Positions 25,701 to 38,640 of a stretch of DNA of 64,000 nucleotides are shown here, in pieces. A program made the translations under genes and the position numbers. Position 1 is the first letter of the stretch; each line of letters opens with the position of its first letter. The notes beneath the pieces are model-generated. The model ran no database searches. It was given only the letters and a program-made list of their open reading frames with translations, and was not told where the DNA came from. This DNA comes from Chrysomallon squamiferum (taxonomy: Eukaryota; Animalia; Mollusca): assembly GCA_012295275.1 (NCBI GenBank), contig CM022665.1, forward strand, positions 17,422,001 through 17,486,000, in the 5' to 3' direction.

Positions 25701-28700
25701 AATTTTCCATCTTGATGTCCAGAACTGCTGCATTCAAGGACCGTATTGCCATCTCTAACTCCTTTTCAAAAGTATCCATAGCAGCAGTTTCATGAAGTTG
25801 ATCCTGCAAATAAATATTCAAATGTTATTGACTAAATTCATGCTAAAAGTAGAAAATATATATACAAAAGCAAAGAAAATGAGAAAAAAATGAAAATCAA
25901 ACAAAATCAAATAAAATGTGTATTTAAAAAAACATGACAACAATTATGAATAAAATATTAAGTTTGTAGTAACAAAAGTTAAAATATTTTAGTTAATTTT
26001 TAGTTCATTATTTACCATGCTAATAATAATACATGATTTACCAGTTTGCATAATTAATAAATTTAAATACACTACCAGATGAATTCAATCTTTGTTCACA
26101 TTAATCATCAAAAAAACTTAATCTGTCTGAATGACATAAAATAAAAACAAAATAAACCCTCGTGTCATATACTGTGATATTTTATTTGTGTAAATCATAT
26201 GTTGTATATACATGTAAACAAGCAAATTTCTTTACCCTGAAAGTTACTAAAAACATCATGACAACAAAACAGAAACTTATATTTATGTCAATAGAAACAT
26301 TACTTACCCCCCCCCAATAAGTGGATATATTATATTGATAACAATCTATTTCAGTTTGTTTTAGATTCATTAGTATCTGGAACATAATTCAATATCTCAA
26401 GCAGATTCAGATTTTGTTAATGTCTGTATTTGAAACTGAACTATTACATTGCATTCTGAAAACAACGAAAATGTATACCTCAAGGCACTGAATAACCATA
26501 AGAGTAAACTGAAGAAATCCAGAATTGTTTCCAGTCTGTTGACAACACAGTATATCAGCATTACGAAGGAATTCATCAATATGCTGAAGAACATGTTCAC
26601 CACTAAAACAAAAAAATAGATTTTCATGAAAGAAGAGAGCATCAGACTAGTTCTGAAAAACACAAATGATTGGTTTTGTTGTTTCATTGAAAATAAGAAC
26701 AGTGAAACAATTAATAGAAAAATAACATTTATGTACATCCATATAAAAAATCAATCTCTACTATTTGTTTTTATTTTCAGTTAAAAATGTACTATCTTTT
26801 GTTTTTATACATTTTAAAGGAATATAATTTGTTTCAAATAATCAACTGATTCAGAAATAAATACTGCTGACAGTTTCATAGAGATTCCACATTTATAACA
26901 TTTTATAATAAACATGTTTATTCTTTAAATTAATTAACAGTTTCTTTTCACAATAAAATATATTTGAAACAATTCTATAATTATTACATTTCTTTTTGAA
27001 AATATATTTGCTCTTCAAATAAAGTTTTTCACTTAATAATAAATGGATAAAATATTAAACTGACCTTTTGTTAATGAGCAACTGCAGCAGAAATGATCTC
27101 ACAACTGGAGTTGGATCAACAAGATCATCAAACACAGTCATTTGTTTTGTCTGAAGTCTTTGAGAACCACCAGGTCCTACTGCTGATGTCTTTCTTGTGA
27201 CATAACTTAGAATTTTATCAATGACTGCTTTTTCAGGAGCTGTGTCTCCTCCAAAACAAAGGTTTGAAACAACTGCCATGAGGAAAGTGTTGCAACATTT
27301 CTGGTAGGATTCGTATTCTTCTGATATATCTCTGAAACAATGTTTGAAAATTTACTCCTGAAATCATTGAACAACAATAAAAATACTCTAATAACCAAAA
27401 TTTGACAAAGAAAAGCAAGTTAAATTTTAAACATAATGTGCACATTATAATAAATATGAAATATTTTTAAAACATTCATTTTTGAATGCTGTGGTAATAA
27501 TAAATTTGAATATTTTGAAAAAGTAGTTTTTGTGTCTCATTTAACGTTTAAAGAAGAAGATTAAAACTTACTTTTGCTCAGTACCAGAGTTTTTAACAAA
27601 GTTATTTGGTATATCCTGATGGCACTTTGGACAACAGTGATCCTCAAAAGCTAGTAAGTCATAGTAACATTTTTGGCAAATCTTGTCTTTGCATGGCAAT
27701 ACAACTGGTGGTGCTTCAAATACACTTGTACAGTGTGAACAAGAGCCTATTTTCCTGAAAAGTGGTAATTCCTTAATTACATTATACTGAAAATAATTAT
27801 AAATAACGATTTTCTGAAATATTTAACTTATTCATTTATCTACAGAGCAATATGGCATCTTCATATGCAACTATTTAAAAGATATACCAAATGAAATGAA
27901 ATTAATTATTTTATGACTGTTTTTACATTAATAAGAAGCACTTATGAAAAGAAGAAAACAATATAAACCAAACTGCTTCTAAGAAAACATACTCTGATAA
28001 ATTCTGAAGGAATGACTTGTTCACACTTTTAAGGAACCTTTCAACCTTTTCCAGTGAGTGAATTTTCTTTAAGTTAGCCTCTTCCCCTAGTAGCTGCAAT
28101 ATAATAATTAAGCAAATAGCATAAAAAACTGAATCTTTTCACTAAAATTACATAATCTAGTCTAACTTACTTTAAGCAATATGATATATACATTTTTCCT
28201 TACTTTTTAATTCAAACTTCTGGAGAAAATGCAAACTTTATTTTCTCTTCATATGATTTAAAATTAAATACAACAATAAAAAATTGTTTCAGTTTCTTCA
28301 GATGAATATACATGTTGAAGGTAAATAATGAAGAGATTTACCGTCCAAAGTGGCATACATCTTGTAACAAAACGTTCTGATACTTTTGTTTTCTTCTTGG
28401 ATTCCTTGACTGAGAAACTTTCCAAAAACAGCTTCATTGTTAACACTCTAGTCCAAAGACACCTAATCCAAATTACAGGTAACAAAAATAAAGAGAGATA
28501 ATAAATGTTATGAACCATATTTTTCAAGAAATAGTTAAACTTTATTTTTCTGCACTGTTATTCTTAAAAAATAAATTAGAAATACATTAATTGATAGAAC
28601 AGTTAGAGAAATAAAAATTGCATTTTATCTTTGTTGTTTTCTAATTTAAAATCAACTCATTGTTTTACCTAGATCTATTAATGTATGCTTGACAAACTGG

Positions 28701-31700
28701 TCCAAATCTAAGTGCCACATTATCAACATTGTCCAGAAATCTTTGAATAACAGGTAAAAATGTTTTGACATTCTCCAACCATTCTGATCTTCCATTTTCA
28801 TTGTTTAGTTTGTTTTTCTCAGGTTCCAGCTGCTCGAGCATTAAGATAAGTCCTAAAACATCAAGTGTCTGGAAAAAACACAAAATGATCAAAATATGTG
28901 AATGTTAATTAACATATTGAACAAATTAAAGTCATAATTTGAATGAAAGCAAATTTATTAATGTCATTATTTCACAATAAGCTGGAAAAAACTATGTGAG
29001 AATCTAGGAATGATAATGTAACCTATATTATATTTTAAGATTCTGCTAAAATAGCTTATCCATAATGTAGTACTAGATGTCAGTACATATGTAAGAAAAG
29101 AATACCATTTCATCAGTATTTAGAAGTGCATGTCCTTTGTTTTCTCTAATTTTATTGACTGCAAGCAAGACATCAGGCCAAATATTCTCAATGTCTTGGA
29201 AAGCCTGCAGCCTGCCCATCACAAGCGAGTGAGTGTAATGGACTGCAACAAGAGCTGATATCAAATCCAGTTTAGTTATATCCACGTTGGCTTGTCTAGA
29301 TGCTATTTCTAGTGCTTCACACAAAATCTGTAATGAAAAAAAAAAAATCAGTTTCAGAGACAAATACGGCTGAATATTTTATTATAAGACTAAAACTTGT
29401 AAATTCTATTCAATAAATGAATGAGTTCATTACGCTGATTCAATACTGAAAACATAATTTATAGAATGCATCTTGAAAATGAACTTACATTTTTAAGAAA
29501 AAGCATACATAATACTTTTGATGCTTTTCATTATTTTAATAACAAATGTAAAACCTGTGAGAGCAAAATTTTCCTTTAGACACACCTCATGTTTATTTGC
29601 ACTCGTACACAGATATTTTGCATGTACAAAATCTTTAACGTAGGCAATGATGATTTCTTTCTGGTTGCTTGTTCTTTCTGCTGAGACTGCGTTCAGAAGG
29701 TTGCCATATGGAGTGTCAAGAATGATATGACCCACCCAATCAAGTTGTGCTGAACAAAGAGAACAAATAAAAATTGTCAATTAATATTGAATACATACAT
29801 ATTAAATTTTATTTTTAACTGGTTGGAGCCCTGAATTACTTTATATAATTTTAAAGATATACATACATAAACACAAACATGCAAAGATATATATCTACTG
29901 ACACATGAAGAGATAGACACATCTTTATTCAGATATACATACATATGTATAAATGAACAAGCATGTAAATGTAACACATAATAATAATAATAATAATAAT
30001 AATGATATTAAAATGAGGCAGACAGATAGTGAACTGAAGTAGAGAAAAGGATAAAAAGATGATATAGTGGAAGATAATTATGATATGAAATATATTAAAA
30101 GATGTGCATCTTAGACAGCATGAGATAATATTGCTATCATTTTTTAGTGGAATAAATAAATCTATGGTTTCCATACTCTGAGATTTTGCAGTAACTGTGA
30201 ATTTAATAGCTGATATATATGTTTGCAGTTGCTTTTATTTTCAAGTAAAGTATTCAGTCTAAAATGAAAATTTGGGTTTTTAAGACTTGTAAAGGTAGCA
30301 TGATTTAATTAATCTAAATTACATTGAAATGTTTTATTGGTTTTATTAAAGCAACACATTCAAGGAAATTTGATTTTCTATTATAAATGTTTCAAGTCTC
30401 CATGTTCATTTAAGTAAGTAATTTAAAACACCTATAATGTTACTGAAATAATGTTTATAAAAAAAATGTTAAATTATCTATACATATTCCATTATTACAT
30501 CAAACATTAATCCTTAAAATGTGAATTACATTTTGTGATTTTTGTTTTTCTTCTATTTTTACCCATATGATCAAGGAGTCTCTCCAAAAAGTAGTTAACA
30601 TTTGTTCAGTTTTATGCTCTATAAAACACTCACCGTCTATAATCAAATTATTTGCTGGTATTCTTGTTAAAGATTTAATAAAGTTGTCCATTTTGAGGAG
30701 CATTTAAGAGCATTCTACATTTTACATTTAATATTTTTATCACTGTAGTGCTCCTATATTTGTAAACACGTTATTGAGGAATGTTTTAACTTTTCATACT
30801 GAAAATATTAACATCAGTAACTTTATTTTTATTATATGTGCTTTTTAAAAAGACACTTTCAGGGGATACTTTTTAACAAAACAAAGTTGTTTTCAAAATA
30901 ATAAATAAAATGTAAAAAAGAGCTATTTTCATTGAGAAGAGTAGATACATGTTTATATTTAAAATATATCAACATTTTTTTTTATTTTATAAAGCCTGTA
31001 AACTGAGTCTTCTACAAAATGAACATATTAAAAAAAAATTCACCTGAAACGTCATCAAATTCTTGTGGATGGCTTGTTTTTTCAACAGTAGTAAGATTAT
31101 TTTCAATAAGCTGCAGGAGCAACCATGAGAAAGGTAGTTCAGCACCAAAAGGAATTCCATGAATACCTGTGTTAAACGGGATTATCTCACCCAATTCTTG
31201 ATGAGTTTCAGGAGAAAGTAAATCCTGATATCGCAGTTGACAAACTGAAGGACTGTGAAGGATTCTTAACCACATAACATGTGCCCAGTGGTAATCAGGT
31301 GTGTTTATTATGATATCCAGATTACGATTTGTGTCCAAAAAAGCAACAACCCCTGCTAAAACTGTTACAATCTTGTTCTCCAGACACTGAAGCCATGACC
31401 GCCTGAAAAGTTAATATTTCAGATACTAAAAGTGTAGTTAAAATAATTTTCTAAATAGGTATTAAGTTTTAAATATTTTCAGTTTGAAGTTTAATGCATA
31501 ACAACTGGCTTAAATGACTCTGTCAACAAAGAAAATAACAATTAAAAAAATTAATAAAATGTCTGAAAAGAAATCTTACCTGAACGTTCCAGCTTTTTTC
31601 ACAAAATCTGGTTTTGCTGCTTCATTGGAGAGCCAGTTAGAAGCAATATGGCCACTGATATCAATTTCTTTTTCTTCCAGCAATTTAATTATCATGTTAC

Positions 31701-34700
31701 TTAAACCAGTCAAAAATGACTGTTCTTCACCTGGGCAAAGCATGAAAAAATGAGTTAAATATTGTAACATTTAAGTAGATTAAATTATTCTGTTTAAGTA
31801 TTTCCAAAACTTTAATTTACTTTTTTATTATGATAATTTGTGAATTGATTTTCATAATTCATTTGTTTATAATTTTCTATAATGAATAATATTTGCATTA
31901 CTAACTTTCTGAATTTTGGTTTTCCACAAAATGCAGAAGAATCTCTATTCTTTTAGTGGATCTTCTGGAGTCCTGTACATCATCTCTGACTAAAGCAGCA
32001 GCAGACTGAATGCATCTTAAAATCAAGTCATGAAAGTAAGCAGGGATTTTCTGATGTTTATCTTCAACAACCACACAGTTCTCTGGTTCTTGTTCTTGAA
32101 GTGAAATGTTCTTCAAATCAAGTACTTGGTCTGAAGTTTCAGTTGTGTTATTTTCATCAATTTCCATATCTTCATCCAGCATGCCTTCATATTCTTTGGA
32201 GTCCATTATTTGTTCTATTCGGGTTTCTGTATATGTAACACCACTTGGCTCTTCTCTTGGAGCTTGACCTTGTAGCACATTGGCTGGACTGTTTTTGTGT
32301 AGTTGATGAACTGATGGAAGATTTCCTGCAGGTCGCAGTTCATCAATGTGAAGAGAATGCCACTTTCCTGCCTGGAATATAAATAAACAAAATTACATTT
32401 TCATCAACATGGCATTATGAACCTCAGTGAAAATCACTGTTATCATTACAGTTAATTATAAATATTTATGTTTGTTTTTATTCTTAACAAAAAAACAACA
32501 TTATAATGCAATGATTTTTTAGCAAGCATTTACTATAAAGGCAAAAAATATATCAGTATAAAATGAAACCAAAATCATTTAAATTTTTGTAAATTTTCTA
32601 CAATATTTAAAGAAAATGTTTTAATTTTTTAAAACTAAATATGGAAAAACCTGTAAAAAAGATTTATTCTCAATATTAATAACCAGATCTTTAAAAAAAT
32701 AATAATAATAATATAAAATATTAGAGACTATACCATGAATCCAGTAAAACAGCCACCAGCCACTCTAGGTAGCTGGACAATGAAAAACACAACAAAGTCT
32801 CTAACATCATGAGGCAATTCATCTTCAACACAGTACTGGGCACTCTTGATCAAACTCATGTTTTTATCTCCAGATCCACACTGTACCATCAACAGTTTTA
32901 GTCCATTAGCTGACTTCTCAACAAAGTTTCTGAAACACAAACCATTTATTGTTTACACTTAAATGCATGCATGTAGGCTTGAAATCATTGAAGAAATGTA
33001 CATTTACTGATGCATTCTCTGAATGTCATATGGAAATCAAAGACCATGAATGAAACTGCAATAATAATAATAATAATAATAATAGTGGCAATCTAAGATT
33101 TATATATTCGCATTTGTTTAAGGAAACTTTTGCAAATATAAAAAACTTTGTAAATTTCAAATTTTCATAATTTTTCATCATTTAGGAAATTGAACAAAAA
33201 TGTACTCCTTTGAAAACAAAGAATATAAATAAACTGATTAAACTGAAGTTCAGACTTTTCGACATCACAAGAGTTTATGTAAACAAACCTTATCTGCTGA
33301 CAGAACTGCTGCTCAGTGTCAAATGACTGCAGAGTCAGAAGAATTATGTTGTTCTCTGTCAAATCAAGGAAAGACCTGATCTCATCTTTGTCTTGCTCTG
33401 TTAAAAGCTTTGAATGGGTTGTCACCTGTACCAGGAAACACCAATGTAAAGTTATATTATAATCAAACAAATGATATAAATGATGAATTTTATTTGTTTA
33501 TCTTTTTTTATGCAATATCTAACAAAAGTACCTTTTCACAAATCCTCTTCAACATTATAACATGCATTTAAAAAAAAAACATCATGAGATCTTTTAGAAT
33601 TAGTGTCTCAGAAAACTATTTGTTTAAATTATCTACCTGAGTAAAGAAACCCTTATTTCCTATCATTGTAAGTCTGTAGGACATGTACTTGATGATGTCA
33701 TCGTGAGGCTGTTCTTTAAAGTAAATATTGAACATTTTCTCTGCTTCATTGAACAGTCTGGTTTCTTTGAGTCGAAGAACAGCATCTGGAGTAGCACACC
33801 ATAAAAGCATCTTCTGACAATCTTCCAAGAACTGAAAGCAAACAAAACAACAGGCTATAAATTAAATAATTTTAACTACCATTTAACCAAATGACTGATT
33901 TCCATTATATAAATATATCAGATGTTTAAAGAGATGATCATAAAGAAAATTAAAATAACGTGTGTTTTGCCAATTATAATAAAAATAATTATTACCATAC
34001 CTGCATGTTGTCATCAGTATGTTCTTTCTTTTCATCCCACATGTATAAAACAATGGCTCCAGTGGTATCAGGATGATAGCCCATGAAAGCATCAGCAACA
34101 CTGACTTTCTGGTGCACATTGAATCTTTAAAGGTAAAAAAAAAAGAACATTATCAACTGACAGTTTTCACAAAATTATATATTCATTATGATTTAAATAT
34201 TAATACACATAAGTTGATATTGTAATGTTTAAATTTATTGATCTGGAGAAGAAAAAAATGTTGTTTCATCTATTTTATTTGTATATATACCCAGTTCTAT
34301 ATGGAGTCACAAAATGGTGTGCCCAAAGGTTCAGTTCTTCAGCTAACTGGCACTGGTTCTCATTCATTATGTTGTTTAGTCTTAGAAAATGTTTCTCTAG
34401 ACGGTTTATCAGTGGTATTGGAAACTTCTCATAAACCATCTGCTTTTCTGCCACCACAATCAACCTGAAAAGTAACAATTAACAGAAATACTGTCATAAA
34501 ACAGTGAACTCTGAAAAACTGTATAAAATAAAAAGCTATATTTATTTTCAAATATTTATTTTAATTTTTTGAGTTATTATATAGTAAGCTTTCTTCCCAC
34601 CATAATCTTTTCTCTACTTGTTTTTCCTCTTAATTTAAACTAACATGTTTATCAGATGTTTTGAAGTACAATAAAAAAAAGATATAACTTGCAGAAAACA

Positions 34701-34969
34701 AAAATTCATAATAAAAATTCATGTATCTTGTTACTTTAAATATGTAATAATGAAGTAATAATCATAAAGACAAGTCTCCCAATTGATGAAACTACTGTGA
34801 ATACTACCTGAAATCTTGATGCACTCGACACTTGACACGGTGGGTGCCTAGACCCAGATCCACAAAACGTTCTCCACCAAGTCGAGCATAATACTGTTTA
34901 GGGAAGAAAAACAAAAATGTTGTTTTTCTTATTTCACACAAATATACATCTATATATAAATTACGTGCT

Positions 34970-35015
<46 letters not shown>

Positions 35016-36394
35016 GTGTGTGTACATGTCTGTGTGTGTAAAATCCACATTGTAAACAAAATAATGATAAGAAATATAAACTGTTTGGTTACTAAATCAA
35101 CTTAGTAAAATAAATGAATTAACAAGTGCAATAAGATGTATATGCTTTTTAAGTTTTTAGAACAAATTTATGATCAGCTTAATTTTGTATAACACCTAAA
35201 CAAAATTAAAACTATTTTTAATAATATTTTTCTTTTTGATAAAATAAATAACTTGACAGCAAAAAGAAACTTTTAATTTCTTTTTATATTGGATATTATT
35301 ATTAACCAAAAATAATAAGGGAGGTGATTACCTGGTTTAGAGCATCATAAAGACTCTCATACAGGTTTTCAAGATTCAGTAGTATCACAGTGTTTCCAGT
35401 TTCCATGCACACTTTGATCCGATTAATGTTTCGGCAAATCTTAAAAATAATAATTAAAATTCTACTTTTGAAAATACTGTTTCATTTGTCTAATCAAGTT
35501 AATTTAGTTGTAAGAAATCTACATTAATCATCTCTAATTTTGATTAACCACCTCTGATGTAATTAGACTGGTTTACTAACATAGAAACATGATTCACTGA
35601 TAATATACAGATTCAAAGGGTAAGAGATATGATTTTTTTACTGGATAAATTCCTTCATTACATTTAAATACTAACACAATTAAAATATTTTCTTCAAATA
35701 AGACTAGTGATGTTATGTGAAGATAAGAGAAAATACGTCAAACCAGTAATAGGTTGTTCTAAAATAATTGTTTGTGGGATGAACAGAAAAATAAATTTAC
35801 AAAAGAATGCCAAGTTCTGTTTTGCCTGTTATGCATATTGTAAATAATTTCTGAGTCTTTGTAGAATGCAGGTAAATAAATCATTAAATTAAGGTGAAAC
35901 AAAATTAATGCAAGTTACTGAGGTCAATAAAAATGAAATATCAAATTAATGTGAATGGACTCCCTTTGATATTACATTTTACCAACAAAACTACTTTGTT
36001 TGGCAAAACATTATATCTCTGTCACACCCAGTAGTTACAAAGCAGATATTTCTGTATTAAGATTTATTTACATACACATTTCTTATTATTGTTTCCAATT
36101 ATTAATTACTTCATGGTGTTATTAACAGACAATATACTCTTTGTATTTGATAAAATTATTTAAATTAATTTACAGTTATTATTAGTCTCTAAACCAGTTG
36201 TTAGCAAAATAAAATATATAGTACCTGTGTATATTCTTGGTCTTTAGGAAAACTGCTACCAAAGATTGTTTTGACACTGTGCTGTCCTAAGACTTGCTGT
36301 ATTATGCCAAGTGCTCCATAGTTTTCAGTCAGAAGCAAAAGATACCGACTTTCACTGAAATATTTAACAAATAATATGATGATTTTATTATGAT

Positions 36395-36467
<73 letters not shown>

Positions 36468-38598
36468 GTTTTTCTATCTTTCTTTTTCTCTTACTCATTA
36501 AGGATATCAGGAAACAGATTAATATTACAAATGTAGTTCAAACAACTCTTCACTTCATCACCTTAGAAAGTATGTTTGAGCTAAAATGAATAAATAAAAC
36601 TGTTCAGGTATGAAACATTACAAATATTAGTCACAGATTTTACCTAACTACAATAAAAAAGATACCTCCAACTCAAGATAACAAAAGAGGAAACAGTTAT
36701 CAATAACACTCATACAAAATAAATTCACCTGCCAGTACCATCTCCAAAGAGAGCTGCCTTTATCAGACCTGCTGTTGTATTGTCAGGGTCATCATCATGT
36801 TGCTGCAAAACATTTTACTGTACTGTAATATATTTAATTTGTATCTTAGTTAAAATATAATAAAGGATCATCCTGAAGACCTTTGTACAAAATATATCTC
36901 TTTTGCTTTTTCTAAATGACAAATCATCAGATATCGTGATAATGAATGACAGGCCATTTATTATTTTCCATACAATATAATTATTATTGATTTTGTAAAA
37001 GTATCAAAGAATGAAGGTATATTAATGTACTAAATACTGTATTTAGTCTTCAGCATGATTACTGTAAGGATGTTAAAGTATATTTCCAATGAATACATTT
37101 TTGAGAAGCCTAGTCTTTCAAAGGAAAATACATTTGCAATATCTGATTTGATTCATTCAGGAATTAATTATAATTCCTAAAAATTTTAGTTATTATATAC
37201 AGGGCCTGGAAATTCAGACAGTTATTTTATATATATATATATTCCGTGATACTGTTTCATTTGTTACTGTATCATTGGAATTAAGTTCTCTGATCCTATG
37301 GGTTTCCTTTCAAATTTACTGAACATTTTCAGAGATCTGCAATACATCATGTAGCTTGATGCCAATAGTTGTGTCCTAATACATTTAACACAATGGATAT
37401 GAATATAAGAACTGAAATATAACAAGGTGTAGGGGTGCATTTTTATTATGTTCTACGACACTGTTTGCTTATTCAGATGTTTAAATTGTACCTTTTCAGA
37501 TTTAGGAATGGAAGTAATCTTCTTCTGAAAAATTTCTACTGGATCCACAGTATCCAGACCTCCAAAGTTTCGAAGAACTGCATGTTCTAGCTGATGCTGA
37601 CAGAGAAGTCGATTGTATTTTGCAACAAATGCATACAACATCTTCACTAAACTGAAATCATTAAACACATTGAATACCAGTCATAAAACACTTTTTTTTT
37701 TAAATTAGCTACCATATGTGTGAATTTAAAGTTTAATGTTCATTTCACCAGGAATCATCTAAGAAATGCACTTCATTTGCAAATTTCCCATGTTAAAAAT
37801 AGAATCTTGTCTGGAGGCAAATTATCAACATGCAATAAACTGAAATGTTTTCTTTTTAAAAAAATGAAACAAAATTGTGAAATTGATATTTTTACAATGA
37901 CTGGAGGTCTTGCTTCAAAGCATCAAATATGCTCTTTCACTTCTCAGTGAATTTCACATGCAGTGATACTGCTGACTCTCAATTTCATGGACTAACAGGA
38001 GGTAGCACCAAACTGGAAAATCTAAAAGTCTGGGAAATTGATTTTTCAAGAGGAAGTCCATGAAACTGAGGGTCAACAGTATTGTTTCTTTCAGTCTTAC
38101 AATGAGCTATTTTTATTTTTCCAAGACAGGAAAACTAACATTATAGCTTTTTTGTATCCACTGCTGATTTACAAAAAATATAAATAATTCATTTGTCTTT
38201 GTTATTTATTTTATACCTATAAAAGTCTCTGAGTCCAAAGAATTCCCGTTTTTGCAATGTTTCATCAAATACCTCTTTGTAAGCATCTGCTAACTTGGGC
38301 AACAGTATGTCAATCCTCTGAAGAACATCTGGCCGAGTTGCACAAATACCTCTATTTGATTTAATTTGTTTTTGAAAAACAAAAGAAGAAAAATTAATTT
38401 AAAACTTTTATGCATTTATAAAATACAGTAGGGAATAGAAACAAAAATTGTAACAAATAAACCAAAGGGTTCCACCAACTGAAACAGTATTAGCATTACC
38501 AAAGTAAAAATTAATTTCAAATATTAACACAGTTCTTTTGTATTAAAAAATATTATAAAACCCATAAAATATCACATATAAATTATTCAATGAGACAA

Positions 38599-38640
<42 letters not shown>

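Noticed and set aside
27065-27398. Apparent frameshift between ORFs 27207-27398 and 27055-27279
   Set aside because: Resolved by the acceptor at 27331 (tttcag|AGATATATCA), giving DISEEYESYQKCCNTFLMAVVSNLCF in one frame with correct phases.
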